Assembly: GCA_977017645.1 (NCBI GenBank)
Contig: OZ360221.1
Location: 134,478,001 to 134,542,000 of the forward strand
Length of the DNA: 64,000 nucleotides
Direction of reading: 5' to 3'
Source of the DNA: Torpedo marmorata
Taxonomy: Eukaryota
The notes beneath the pieces were generated by a model. The model was not told the origin of the DNA and did not search any database. It was given only the letters and a program-made list of their open reading frames with translations. The position numbers and the translations under genes were made by a program. Of the stretch, positions 33,972 through 47,072 are shown one piece after another (the stretch's first letter is position 1; every line of letters begins with the position of its first letter).

Positions 33972-36900
33972 CCCCCTCTTACCGTCTGTAATCCGCAGTT
34001 TGTAAACTGCCCATCGCAAGTCACCCACAGAAGCTCCCCGGGTCCCCCTCCCATCGCGTCCAGCCAGCGACCCGCCGACCGCCCACCACGCGCGACCTGC
34101 GGCCTTTCTACCCTCCAGATCGCCCCCCCCACCGTTGTTCGCTAATCGTACCCCCGACTGCCAACCCATGGCCACCAAAAGTAGGTGATACAGTGTCGGG
34201 GACAGGGCCTTTATCAGGTCGGAAGTGCAACGGCTGTTGAAGGAGGGGATCATCGAAGCACAAGTGGTAGTGGTAAAAAATGGGGTAAAGAACAGGATGG
34301 TCATCGATTATAGTCAGACCATCAACCGATATACGCAGCTGGATGCGTACCCCATCCCCCACATAGCCGACATGGTGAAACAGTTTGCCAAATACCGGGT
34401 ATTCTTCACCATCGACTGAAAGTCGTCAGACCACCAACTCCCTATCCGACCGGAGGACAGTCAATACACTGCCTTCGAGGCAGCTGGCCGCCTCTATCAT
34501 TTACTGTGGGTCCCCTTTGGTGTCACCAACCGGGTCTCGGTCTTCCAGCGGGAGATGGACGGCATGGTCGACCAGCACAGGCTGCAGGCCACATTCCCGT
34601 ATCTGGATAATATCACCATTTGCGGCCATGACCTACAGGATCATGAAGCCAACCTCCAAAAATTCCTTCAGACCGCCAAGCTCTTTAACCTTACTTATAA
34701 TAAGGATAAATGCGTGTTTGGCACACACGCCTGGCCATCCTTGGCAGTGTCATACAGGATGGAGTGATTGGCCCAGATCCAGACCACATGCGCCTTCTGT
34801 TGTAATTCCCATGTCCCCACAGCCTCAAAGCCCTGAAAAGGTGCCTGGGCTTCTTTTCCTATTATGCCCAGAGGGTCCCCAATTATGCGGACAAGGACCC
34901 CCCCTCGTCAAATCCACCTCTTTTCCCCTGACGTCAGAGGCCCATGCGGCCTTCAGCCACATCAAAGCGGACATCGCCAAGGCCGCGATGCACGCTGTGC
35001 ACGAATCCACCCTGTTCCAGGTGGAGAGCGATGCGTCCGATTTCGCCCTGGCCGCCACCCTTAACCAAGCGGGCAGACCCATAGCTTTCTTTTCCCGCAC
35101 CCTCCAGGGCCCAGAAATCCGACACTCCTCTGTCGAGAAAGATGCCCAAGCCATTGTTGAGGCGGTGCGGCACTGGAGGCACTACCTCGCCGGAAAACGG
35201 TTTACCTTGCTAACTGACCAATGTTCAGTTGCTTTTATGTTCAATAACCAAGAGCAAGGTAAAATTAAGAACAACAAGATTCTGAGGTGGAGAATTTAAC
35301 TTTCCACCTACAATTATGATATCTTGTACTGGCCTGGTAAATTCAATGAGCCCCCAGATGCCCTTTCCCGCGGAACAAATAGACCGCCTACAAGCCCTCC
35401 ACAGCGACCTCTGCCACCCCGGGGTCACCAGATTCTTCCATTTTATAAAAGCCTGCAACCTTCCTTATTCCATCGAGGAGATCAGGACCATGACCAGGAA
35501 CTGCCAGATCTGTGCAGAGTGCAAACCGCACTTCTACCGACCAGACAGAGCGCACCTGATAAAAGCCACCCGCCCCTTTGAACGCCTGAGCGTTGACTTC
35601 AAGGGACCCCTCCCTCCTCTGACCGCAACGTGTACTTCCTCAACATTATTGATGAGTACTCACGTTTCCCGTTCGCCATCCCCTGCCCGGGCATGACCAC
35701 AGCCACAGTCATCAAGGTCCTACGCAACCTTTTCACCCTCTTCGGGTACCCCTGCTATCCATAGCGACCGGGGGTCCTCTTTTATGAGTGATGAGCTGCG
35801 TCAGTACCTGCTGGCCAGAGACATCGCCACGAGTAGGACCACCAGTTATAATCCCCGAGGGAACGGGCAGGTGGAGAGGGAGAATGCTACCGTTTGGAAG
35901 GCCACCCTCCTAGCCCTAAGGTCGAGAGGTCTTCCAGTCTCCCACTGGCAAGAGGTACTCTCCGAGGCACTCCATTCAATCAGATCACTCTTGTGCACAG
36001 CCATCAATGCCACTCCACATGAGAGAATGTTTTCCTTCAGGGACCACGCTGCCGTCCTGGCTGACGTCCCCAGAGCCGGTCCTACTCCGGAGGCACGCGA
36101 GGAGCCATAAGCAGGACCCACTGGTCGAAAGGGTCCATCTCCTCCACGCCAACCCCCAGTACGCCTACGTGAGATATCCTGATGGGTGGGAGGACACGGT
36201 CTCCGTTCGGGACCTGGCGCCCTCAGTAGTCCCTGACACCACTGACGACCGCCCTGCCCCCTCCCCACCCACCGCCACCCACGATGCACCCTTACCATGG
36301 CAAGTCACCCCAGCTCCGGGGGATGGCTTTCCAGATACTTCGCCGCCATGCATCCACCAAGACAGAGCCGACAACAACACACAGGTGGTCCACTCAGGAC
36401 TGGTTGCAACAGCTCTGCCGCAGCCGGTACTACGACGGTCGCAGCGGCAGACCAGATCACCTGAAAGACTGAACCTGTGAGAACTTTAATTCACTTCACC
36501 CCGCAGGACTCTTTTTAAAAAGGAGGGGTGAATGTGGTAAACCACTGTAAATACCTGTATATATGTTTATGGTCATCTGGACATGCCCCTTACTGACTGT
36601 ACCTGTGGCTCCTCCCACAGATCCCTGAATAAAGGCTATTGTGCCACAGCTCCCTCCCCAGTCCAGGACAGACGACCACCAGGAGTGTACATCCATTCCA
36701 ATGTGAATAAAAGCCTATCAGTTCCTGTCTAACTTCTAGTCTTTGGAGTTATTGATGGTGCATCAGTCTCTCAGAAATATTAAGCACCAATGTAAATCTA
36801 ATGGATTGATCCATAATATAAGCTACCTTAGTTGCTCTTTTGTACTTAAAATGTGATTTGAACTTACCTGTAATGAGGAAGTGGTTTGCTTGATGTCACA

Positions 36901-36972
36901 CTCAGGAAATAAAATGAGTGCAGTGTACGAGTTCTTCTGAATCTTTTATATCCCTCTCCTTTATATATATTA

Positions 36973-37795
36973 ACCATTGAACCGTAGAACACTGCAGCAC
37001 AGAAACAGGCCCTTCGGCCCTTCTAGTCTTTGCCAATCCATTTTTCCATCGTTGCACACTCCCACCACTCTCTGAGTGAAGACGTTCCTCCTTATGTTTC
37101 CCCTAAACTTTTCCCCTTTCACCCTTAACCCATGTCCTCTGGTTTGTATCTCACCTACCCTCAAGTGGAGAAAGCCTACCTACATTTACTCTGTCTATAT
37201 CCCTCATAATTCTAAATATTAAATCTCCCCTCATTCTTCTACACTCCAGGGAATAAAGTCCTAACCTGTTTAACCTTTCCCTGTAATTCAGTTCCTGAAG
37301 TCTGGGCAACATCCTAGTAAATCTTCTCTGCACTCTTTATATCTTATTGATATCTTTCCTGTAGTTAGGTGACCAAAACTGCACACAATATTCCAAATTT
37401 GACCTCACCAATGTCTTATACAACTTTACCACAACATGCCAAAACCTCTTTACAACCTTATCTACCTGTGACGCCACTTTCAGGAAATTATGCATCTGTA
37501 TTCCCAGATCCTTCTGTTCTACCACACTCCTCAGTGCCCTACCATTTACCGTGTATGTCCTTTTTTGGTTTGCCCTTCCAAAATGCAACACCTCACACTT
37601 GTCTGCATTAAATTCCATCTGCCATTTTTCCGCCCATTTTTCCACCTGGTCCAGATCCCTCTGCAAGCTTTGAAAACCTTCTTCGCTGTTCACAAAGCCT
37701 CCAATCTTAGTGTCATTTGTAAACTTGCTGATCCAATTTACCACATTATCATCCAGATCATTGATATAGATGACAAACATATGATCCATTTTCAT
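36973..37795 (-). mobile_element. CR1/HER1-like LINE 3' fragment
   Basis: IYINDLD, SKFTNDTKIGG, WQMEFNADKC, QRRFTRMLP motifs. Confidence 0.9.
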
Positions 37796-37897
37796 CTACA
37801 TCAGTTTCTAAATCCGGTACTTTAAAAAATGCTTATTCAATGTATTTCCTCCTTTGCGACAGACCCCTACTATGTGCTCTTCATCTATATTTAATTA

Positions 37898-38364
37898 CAG
37901 TAAAACCCCTAGTATCTGGCACTTATGGGGATTGGTAGATTCTGGATCAGTGTATTTTCCATTTGCTTGTGATTGTGTGTTGCGTGATTGGTGAACTAAT
38001 GACGAGGCACGCCAATTTTAAACATGTATTTTTTACCTCTTTATTTTCTGCAATATTTTTGCCCGTTGTTTGTGGTAAACCACTGTAAATAGGTTGTGGC
38101 TGTGTAAGCTGTCTGGACATGTCTGGACATGCCCCTCTGCTGACTGTTCCTGTGGCTCCTCCCACAGACCCCCTGAATAAAGACGATTGTGCCACTGCTC
38201 CTACCCCAGTCCAGGACAGACAACCAGCAAGGACGTGGCACCATTCTATTGTTAATAAAAGCCTTTCAGTTCCTATACAACTTATAGTCTTTTGAAGTAA
38301 TTGATGGCGCCTCATTGCTTGAGGCTGTCAGTTGCTTGAATTCAGGATAACAGGCGTTTTACTG
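37898..38364. mobile_element. Tc1/mariner-type MITE interrupted by a solo LTR
   Basis: TA-CAGTAAAACCCCT ... GTTTTACTG-TA; similar to 29150-29370 in inverted orientation. Confidence 0.7.
38071..38314 (+). mobile_element. Solo LTR of the Mag-like Gypsy group
   Basis: TGTGGTAAACCACTG...TTGATGGCGCCTCA, similar to the LTRs at 30185 and 36533; TSD TTGTT/TTGCT. Confidence 0.85.
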
Positions 38365-39346
38365 TATATTGATAGTCTTTTTTTTATCACATCATCTAGT
38401 GGGAGATTGAGGTTCAAAGTAGCCAAGCTTAAAGGAAATTAGTAAAGTGATTGTGATTGTTGGCTTTCACAGCCTTTCCCCCTAATGCCAGATGAATTAA
38501 ATTTTACTCAACGAGATCTAAATTTATAACCTCTGTGTTGCTAGTCCTGTGTCATACCTCCTCTGTCAACGTGCATCACCCTGCCTTCTCAGATTTCCGT
38601 TTGTCCATTCATCATCATCAGATGCATCCCTTGTGAATGTTATGGAAAGATGACGGGGCAGCAACTGTTTTTCGAACTAATAGTTATTGTCAAAATATCC
38701 ATTCAGGCAATCACATTTTTATTTTCATAATTTAATTTGATAGTTCAATTAAAATATTGGAATTTTCACACAATTAGTGGTCTTTTGAAAACCCACTGAA
38801 AACTGACAATTTTGATTGAAGCAGGCTTTATGAGATTTTTTTCTAAATATGTAATAGAAATAGTAATTAAACCCTAATATGCTGTTTGCTTCACCTTTCC
38901 AGTCTAGTCACTATTTTCCCCTACATACTGGTATGTGTTTAACTTGCTTGTAAATCAATGCAGTATTGGGAGGCATTGCAGAAATAATCCATTGGCTTTA
39001 ATACCAAATTTAAACTCCTCACTTAACTGCTGGCACCTTAAGGCGCAACCAGCATTCTTTACATCAATAATTGAAGACCATCTGGCAGCTTACCAGCAAG
39101 TTTTACAATCTATTCCACAAAATAGTGTTGCAGTGAGCTGCTCTGGACATAAAATGTTAGATTAAAAAATCACAAATCAACACGGGTTTGTAAAATCTTT
39201 AGCAGCTAAAGTGATTCTGTTGGTACATATAACTCTGATAAATCATGATTTGAAGTCTCTCCAGTCTAGTTCTAAATGCATTAATTATCTGCCATACATA
39301 AAGCACTTCAGTCTTTTCTCAATGCTCTTTTGAGTGTGGTGTCATC

Positions 39347-39478
39347 CAGTGGTTTTCAAACTGCCCCCCTAAACTCACATTCCACCTTAAGCAATCCCTT
39401 TGCCATAAGTGCTCTGTGATTAGTAAGGGATTGCTTAAGGTGGAATGTGAGTTTAGGGGGGCAGTTTGAAAACCACTG
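39347..39478. mobile_element. Short, near-perfect hairpin derivative of the hAT-like MITE
   Basis: About 52-bp arms CAGTGGTTTTCAAACTGCCCCCCTAAACTCACATTCCACCTTAAGCAATCCC and its reverse complement. Confidence 0.8.
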
Positions 39479-39699
39479 CATTGTTGATGGATATCTTCCA
39501 ACTCAAGACAATCCCAAATATCTGCATGAAATATTATTTTCCAAGTAAAAGTAGTATAGCCCTATTTATTGGTTACTGATGATCATATAATATTTTGTTG
39601 ATTGATAAAAAATTAGCTAAACTATTTTTGTTACATGACGGCACCTTTGTAGGAATTCAATCTATGTGGCTGCAGGCAATTCATCATATTTGGCAAATT

Positions 39700-40677
39700 C
39701 TTTTTATTTATTTATTTATTATTTTATTTAAACTTTTAAATCACAAAATACATAAGACAAAATATAAATTTATCAAAATACATGTGATACATTTTCACCC
39801 CCCCACCCTCCCCCCCAACCCCCCATCCCCACTAATCTAATAAAAATATAAAACTAAAAATAAAAATTAAAGTAAAATAGAAAAAAGAAGAAAAAGAAAG
39901 AAAGAAAAGAATAGAGTGAGGGGAATACCTTCTAAACTAATTCTATTATGGAGGTCAAATATGCCAGCAGATCTGATCTCTAGAGATCTTCAAATCCTTA
40001 AACCTACAGCTCTCATATATGGGCTCCAAATTTTCAAGAGAAAATGATATTTATTGCGTAAATTATAAGTAATTTTTTCCAGTGGTATACACGAACGGAG
40101 TTCTGCATGCCATCTTTCTAATCCTAAATCTAAGTCAGATTTCCAAGTAATAGCAATGCATTTTTTTGAGACAGCTAAAGCAATTCGCAAAAAATCTACT
40201 TGAAACATATTTAATTTCTTTTTAATACTAAATTTTTTAATATCTCCAAATAAAAATAACATAGGATCCATTGGAAATGCAGTATTAAATACTTTATCTA
40301 GAACATTTTTAACTTTCAACCAAAAATCTTGAATTTTTGGACAAAACCATGTAGAATGAACAAAAGAACCTTCCTCTCTATTGCATCTAAAACATAAGCC
40401 TGATAATGTCGGATTAAATTTCTTTAATTTTTTAGGTGTTAAATATAATTGATGAAAAAAATTATATTGTACTAATCTATATCTAACATTGATAATCTTC
40501 GTCATACTTAAATTACATAAATCTTTCCAATGATTTTCATCTATATTTACATTTAAATCCAATTCCCATTTTAATCTTGATTTATGCAATCCTATTTTAG
40601 GCATTTTCCTCTGAAACAATTTATACATTTGAGAAATAAATTTATTAACATCTCCATTAGTAACTAATAATTCTAAT
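39700..40677 (-). mobile_element. 5'-truncated L1 of the same family as 14315-20168
   Basis: ORF 39990-40628 is very similar to the L1 ORF2 C-terminus; T-rich tail at 39700; 13-bp TSD TATTTGGCAAATT (39687-39699, 40678-40690). Confidence 0.92.
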
Positions 40678-41069
40678 TATTTGGCAAATTTCTTGAAACT
40701 CTTGCCAATTATCAAAGTTATCAAGGCTCCCATGAATCGGTCATTATTTCCAAATAAAAAAAAGGAAACTCTATTATACAAAGTGTACCATCAACTGCCT
40801 TTTACTTCCTGTGGATGCTGTGTGGCCTGCTGTGTTCCTCCAGCACTTTTGTGTATTCCATTATACAAAGAACTAATTTTGAGAAAAGTTGTTTATCTGC
40901 AGATGATCATGCATATTGTAATTTTCTTCCTTGTTTCAAAAGCTTCAGCATCAAATCCATGTCTTTGGAAGGAACAGGGATGAGCAGGGTCAGGGTTAGG
41001 GAGTTGGGAAGCAAATTCTGGGATGAGACATTTGCGGTCTGACAATCCAAATTTGATTGGGGAGAGCAA

Positions 41070-41260
41070 TACCATCCGAGACACTCATATTTACGAAACA
41101 ATATTTATTTATTTGTATATATGAATACTTGTCCTGCATATGTATTGTTTGTCTGTATGTGTATTATGTCTGGTTGTGTGTCTGCATGTTTTGCACGGAG
41201 GACCAGAGAACGCTGTTTCATTGGGTTTTACTTGTGCAATCAGATGATAATAAAGTTGAC
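41070..41260 (+). mobile_element. 3' tail fragment of the Rex1-like LINE family found at 50.5-52.9 kb
   Basis: Aligns by eye with 52658-52855 (accatccgagac...caatcagat.a.aataaa.ttgac). Confidence 0.7.
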
Positions 41261-41496
41261 AATATTTATCATCCTGATAAATTCAGGCAAGATGAAAATG
41301 GAGAGCTGTAGATTCCCAGAGAGTGAGGTCACACGTGGATTTACGACATTAGAGTCAGAAGAGTTTCAAATAGGCAGAATGGAATGGAAAATTAAATTCT
41401 TCATAGGGAAGGTTATCACAGATAAATTCAGACTGAGGTTACAATAAGATAAGCCATGATCTATTGAATGGCACAACAGCATCAAGGGACTGAATG

Positions 41497-41905
41497 TCAT
41501 ACTGATCGATATGTTTGCAATACCACCTCACTAAAGTTCTTATCTTCAGCATGCAGAATGATTCGCTGTGCATCCAGCTGAAAGTCCAGCTCCTCGATCT
41601 GGCCAGTCAGGAGTTGCAGCTGCATACACTTCTCACAGGAGTAGTTGCCAGGGACACTGGAAGGTTCATTCTGCATGAGGAGCACTGGACAACCCTAAGT
41701 GCCACCTCATCTGCACTAACCACTGAAAAGAAAAGCAATGTAGTAGGCCTTTCCCTTATCTGACCTGCTGTAGCCTTGCAGCCTCTGCTCACTGAAACCT
41801 CTCTAGCCAAAGCCTCAACGTCCCATTCTTACGCTGGCCAATCTCAAAATGGCTATTCCGCTTAGCGTTACCTTGTTATTGGCAGCTGTTAATTAGCTAA
41901 TTAGG
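41497..41905 (-). mobile_element. CR1 5' UTR/ORF1 remnant, target of the Gypsy insertion
   Basis: VVQCSSCRM...YSCEKCMQLQLLTGQIEELDFQLD zinc-finger/leucine-zipper-like CR1 ORF1 N-terminus. Confidence 0.65.
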
Positions 41906-41909
41906 TAAG

Positions 41910-44900
41910 TGATAGGCCTATCAATGATTACAGAGAGGCGAGAAGTAGTGCAGGAACAGTAGACTTTTATTAGCTATAAAAGAGCACGGCAGTTGACCTG
42001 CTGATCTATCCCGGACTGAGGGCGGAGCAGTGGCACAAGGGCCTTTATTCGGGGTAGGAAGGGGAGGAGCAACCGGGACAGACAGCAGGACATGCCCAGA
42101 CCTATCCTCAGCCCACAATACACATAACAGTGTTTTACCACATTCACCCCTCCTTTTTAAAAAAGAGTCCAACGGGGTGACGTGGCCACTGTGGTTATCT
42201 TTACAAATACAAAGTGTAAAACAGATATAAATGAATACATACATATATACATTCACATTTACAGGTCGAGCCGATCAGGCGGTCAGATCCGCCGCTGCGA
42301 CCTGCGCAGTACCCGTGGTGACGGGGCGGGCTGTGGTGGTTGTGGCTGGGTTGCCTCCTGCCTGGCTTGCAGTACATCCGGCACCAGCGAGGGTGCTGGG
42401 GCTGTCGTGCTGGGGGGGGGGGGGTGGGGGGAGGCTGCGACATGGGGTTTTCGTTGTCGAGGGCCTCTCCCGGCGCTCCTGCGGGCGCCAGGTCGCGTAT
42501 CGATACGGTGTCTTCCCGCCCATCAGGGAAGACCACGTAGGCGTACTGGGGGTTAGCATGGGCTAACTGCACCCTCTGGACCATGGGTTTGTATTTGCTG
42601 CTCCGTAGGTGCTTGCGGAGCAGCACAGGTCCCGGGGACGTCAGCCAAGCAGGTAGGGTGGTTCCGGTGGTCGACTTCCTGGGGAAGGAGAAAAGTCGTT
42701 CGTGAGGGGTGGTATTCATAGAAGTGCACAGTAGGGACCGGATGGAGTGGAGGGCCTCTGGGAGAACTTCCTGCCAGCGGGAGACCGGCAACCCTTTTGA
42801 CTTGAGGGCCAAGAGCATGGCCTTCCAGACCGTGGCGTTCTCCCTTTCCACCTGTCCGTTGCCCCGTGGGTTGTACCCCGTGGTCCTACTAGTGGCGATG
42901 CCCCGGGCCTGCAGGTACTGTCGCAGCTCTTCGCTCATAAAAGCTGATCCCCGGTCGCTATGTATATAGCTGGGGAAGCCGAATAGTGTAAATACCTGGC
43001 GAAGAGCTTTAATGGCCGAGATGGCCGAGGTATCGGGGCAGGGAATGGCAAAGGGGAACCGCGAGTATTCGTCAATGATATTGAGGAAATACACATTGCG
43101 GTCCGTGGAGGGAAGGGGGCCCTTGAAGTCGATGCTGAGACGTTCAAAAGGGCTGGTAGCTTTGACCAGCTGTGCCTTGTCGGGGCGGTAGAACTGTGGT
43201 TTGCACTCCGCACAGACCCGACAACTGCTGGTCATTGTCCTGACCTCTTCCAGGGAGTAGGGCAGGTTCCTGGCTTTCACGAAGTGGAACAGCCTGGTAA
43301 CTCCTGGGTGGCAGAGGTCACAGTGGAGGGAGTACAATCGGTCGATCTGCGCGCTGGCGCACGATCCCCGGGATAGAGCATCGGAGGGCTCATTGAGCTT
43401 CCCGGGCCGGTACAGGATATCGTAATTGTAGGTGGAGAGCTCTATTCTCCACCTCATGATCTTATCGTTTTTGATCTTACCCCACTGCTGGTTGTTAAAC
43501 ATAAACGCAACAGAGCGTTGATCCGTCAGCAGGGTAAAGTGCTTACCGGCGAGATAGTGCCTCCAGTGCCTAATAGCCTCCACTATGGCCTGGGCCTCTT
43601 TCTCAACTGCGGAGTGCCGAATTTCGGGGCCTTGGAGGGTCCGTGAGAAGAACGCCACCGGTCTTCCCGCCTGGTTGAGGGTAGCAGCCAGCGCGAAGTC
43701 CGATGTGTCACTCTCCACCTGGAAAGATGTTTATTCATCCACCGCGTGCATTGCTGCTCGGGCAATGTCCCCTTTTATAAGGTCAAAAGCCTTATGTGCC
43801 TCCGATGCGAGGGGAAACGTGATGGACTTGACAAGGGGTTGGGCTTTATCGGCGTAATTAGGGACCCACTGCGCATAGTACGAGAAGAACCCAAGGCATC
43901 GTTTAAGGGCTTTGGGGGTGTGGGGAAGCGGAAGTTCCAGCAGGGGCCGCATGCGGTCGGGGTCGGGTCCAATAACCCCGTTCTCAATGACGCACCCCAG
44001 AATAGCGAGTCGGGTGGTCCCGAACACGCATTTATCTTTGTTGTACGTGAGGTTTAGCGCCTTGGCCGCCTGCAGGAACCTCCGAAGGTTATTATCATGA
44101 TCCTGGCGATCATGACCACATATGGTGATGTCGTCCAGGTATGGGAAGGTGGCTTTGAGTTTAAATTGGTCAACTATTCTGTCCATCTCCCGCTGGAACA
44201 CGGACACCCCATTTGTGACTCCGAAGGGGACGCGCAGGAAATGAAACAGCCTTCCGTCCGCCTCGAAAGCGGTGTACGTGCGGTCCTCCCGACAGATAGG
44301 GAGCTGGTGATAAGCTGACTTAAGGTCTATAGTCGAAAATAGCCTGTACTGGGCTATTTGATTCACCATATCCGCTATTCGTGGTAGCGGGTATGCGTCC
44401 AGTTGTGTGAATCGGTTGATTGTTTGACTATAGTCCACCACCATCCTGCTCTTGGCCCCGTTCTTTACCACGACTACTTGGGCTCTCCAGGGGCTATTAC
44501 TTGGCTCGATGATCCCCTCCCCCAATAGACGCTTCACCTCCGCCCTGATAAACACTCTGTCCCCTGCACTGTATCGCCTGCTCTTAGTTGCCACGGGCTT
44601 ACAGTCAGGGGTCAGGTTGGCGAATAGCGACGGGGGCGAGACCTTAAGTGTGGAGAGGCCACAGGTAGTCTGAGGCGTGTTGTTAAGGAACTGGTGGTTA
44701 GCTACCGTGATTGCAGGGTGGGGCCCGTCATAGCGCATCGTGACACTTTGTAGGTGACTCTGGAAGTCAAGACCCAGTAATACCGGCGCACACAAACGAG
44801 GCATAACGTAACGAAAAGTGCCGATATTCTGTGCCCTGTACTACAATGTTTGCCACACAACCCCCCCGGATGTCCGTTGTGTGCGACCCGGACGCCATGG

Positions 44901-46401
44901 CCACCCTCTGGCTTACCGGTACGGTAGTTAGGCCACAGCGCTGTACTGTGTCCGGGTGTATAAAGCTCTCCGTGCTGCCTGTATCGAACAGGCAGGTGGT
45001 CTTGTGCCCCTCAACCAGGATGTCCATCATGGATTGGGACAGCTGGTGGGGCGCACTCTGGTCGAGGGTGACGGATGCTAGGGTCGGGATGTAATCTTGA
45101 TCCGGCGCTGAAGAAGATGACCGCCTCCGTGAGTCGCACGTGTCGCGGCTGGAGCTGCAAGATGGCGGCGCCGGAAGTGCTGATGTGGAGCTGTAAGATG
45201 GCGGCGCCGGAAGTGCCGGAAATGCCGGTGTCCAAGATGGCCGCCTCCACTCCTCACACGAGGTCGCAACCATGGGAGAATACGACGCCGGAAGTGACGG
45301 AAGGTAAGATGGCCGCTCCCATATCTCACACGCGGTGCTGCTCGGACCCGCTCGCGGCTTAGAGCGGCAGGCCTTTGCGTAATGGCCTTTCTTGCCGCAG
45401 CTGGAGCAGGTCGTGTCTCGGGCCGGGCAGCGTTTGCGTGGGTGCTTCTTGAGCCCGCAGAAATAGCATTTCTCGGGCTCTCAGTTAACGGCTGCGGCGG
45501 TGAGTTCACGGATGGCGGCGGCGGCGATCGGGTCGCGGCAGACGGCGGCAGCGGTCAGATCGCTGGCAGGGTTGGGGGACGGGGCTGTCCACGAGGCCGG
45601 CTGGAGGTCGCGCGCTTGCATAGCGTCAGAGTTCCGCAGCGCGGCCTCCAGCGTGTGGGCCATTGCAACCACGGTACGGAGGGTCAGGTCGGCGTGCTCC
45701 AGCAGCCGCTGGCGCACGTATACCGACCTGATCCCCATGACGAAAGTATCTCTCCCCAGCAGTTCCGCATGTTCCTCTGCCGTCAGTGCTTTGCAATCGC
45801 ACGCCCGCACCAGCGACTGTATATCTCGGACAAATTCGGTGATCGACTCCCCGGGCCGCTGATGCCGCGTTGATAGCCTGTGCCTCGCGTAGACCGCATT
45901 CACGGGCATTATGTATAGTCTTTTCAGGGCGTCCATAGCCTCCACGTAAGTTTGACAATCCCGAATTGTCGAATATACCCGAGGGCTTACCCTGGACACG
46001 AGGACCGTCTGTTTTTCGTCCTCGTTTTCCACCCTGATCGTCCTTAAGAAGGACTCAAAACAACGCAGCCAGTGTTCGAAAGCGTTACCGGCGTCTGGAG
46101 CTAGAGGATCGATGTCCAACTTATCCGGTCTCAGGATGCTCTCCATCAGATTTTATAGCTAATAAAATTGATAGGCCTATCAATGATTCCAGAGAGGCGA
46201 GAAGTAGTGCAGGAACAGTAGGCTTTTATTAGCTATAAAAGAGCACTGCAGTTGACCTGCTGATCTATCCCGGACTGAGGGTGGAGCAGTGGCACAAGGG
46301 CCTTTATTCGGGGTAGGAAGGGGAGGAGCAACCGGGACAGACAGCAGGACATGCCCAGACTTATCCTCAGCCCACAATACACATAACAGTGGTTTACCAC
46401 A
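41910..46401 (-). mobile_element. Gypsy (Mag-like) LTR retrotransposon, full-length, lightly decayed
   Basis: 233-bp LTRs 41910-42142 and 46169-46401 (about 6 differences by eye); 5-bp TSD GTAAG; PPT on the minus strand at 42143-42158. Confidence 0.95.
42256..46146 (-). pseudogene. Gypsy gag-pol with a few stops and frameshifts
   Basis: Gag from ATG 46146; knuckles; protease LFDTGSTESF; RT YLDDITI; RH; integrase LSIDFKG, HSDRGSAF, GNGQVERE. Confidence 0.9.
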
Positions 46402-46534
46402 GTAAGCAAAGAGTCTTGCCTTTTAAAACTGCTCCCCTCTACTATGATAGCTCAGGAGCAATCTGTCAGGCAAAGTCACTAAAGGAATTTGCAAGATTAA
46501 TGAGTTAATACTTCCATGAAATATGGCATTTCTT

Positions 46535-47072
46535 TGATTTTTAATTTGGCTGGTCACCTCATCACAGGAAAGATATGAAAGCTATGGAGAGGGTGCAGAG
46601 GAGATTTACCAGGATGTTGCCTGGATTGGAAAATAAGTCTTATAAGGCAAGGTTAGCAGAGCTAGGGCTTTTCTCTTTGGAGCGAAGAAGGATGAGAGGT
46701 GACTTAATAGAGGTCTAAAGATTCTGAGAGGCATAGATAAGGTAGACAGCCAGTGCCCTTTTTCCCAGGGCGGGAATAGCAAACACTAGATAGAATCTGT
46801 ACAAAGTAAAAGGAGGAAAATTTAGGGGAGACATCAGGGGAGACATCTATGAGTTTTTTACATAGTGGGTGCCTGGAATGTATTGCCAGGGGTGGTGGTG
46901 GAGGCTGGAACAATAGAGGCATTTAAGAGACTCTTAGGCAGACACATGGATGAAAAAAAAATAGAGGGATATGAGGTAGGACGGGTTTCATTTTTTTTGG
47001 TAGATATGTATAGGTCAGCACAACATTGTGGGCCAAAGGGCCTGTACTGTGCTGTAATGTTCTATGTTCTAT
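46535..47072 (+). mobile_element. CR1/HER1-like LINE 3' fragment
   Basis: gagagggtgcagaggagatttaccaggatg and typical 3' UTR with (TTCTATG)n tail. Confidence 0.85.

Larger units (their letters stand above)
30185..36765 (+). mobile_element. Gypsy (Mag-like) LTR retrotransposon, decayed, with two nested insertions
   Basis: LTRs 30185-30418 and 36533-36765; 5-bp TSD GTCTC; PPT AAAAAGGAGGGGTGAA; gag with twin knuckles CYFCRLDKHPRKRC..CANCRKKGHYAKVC; RT YLDNITI; RH ESDASDF; IN SDRG...GNGQVERE. Confidence 0.92.
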
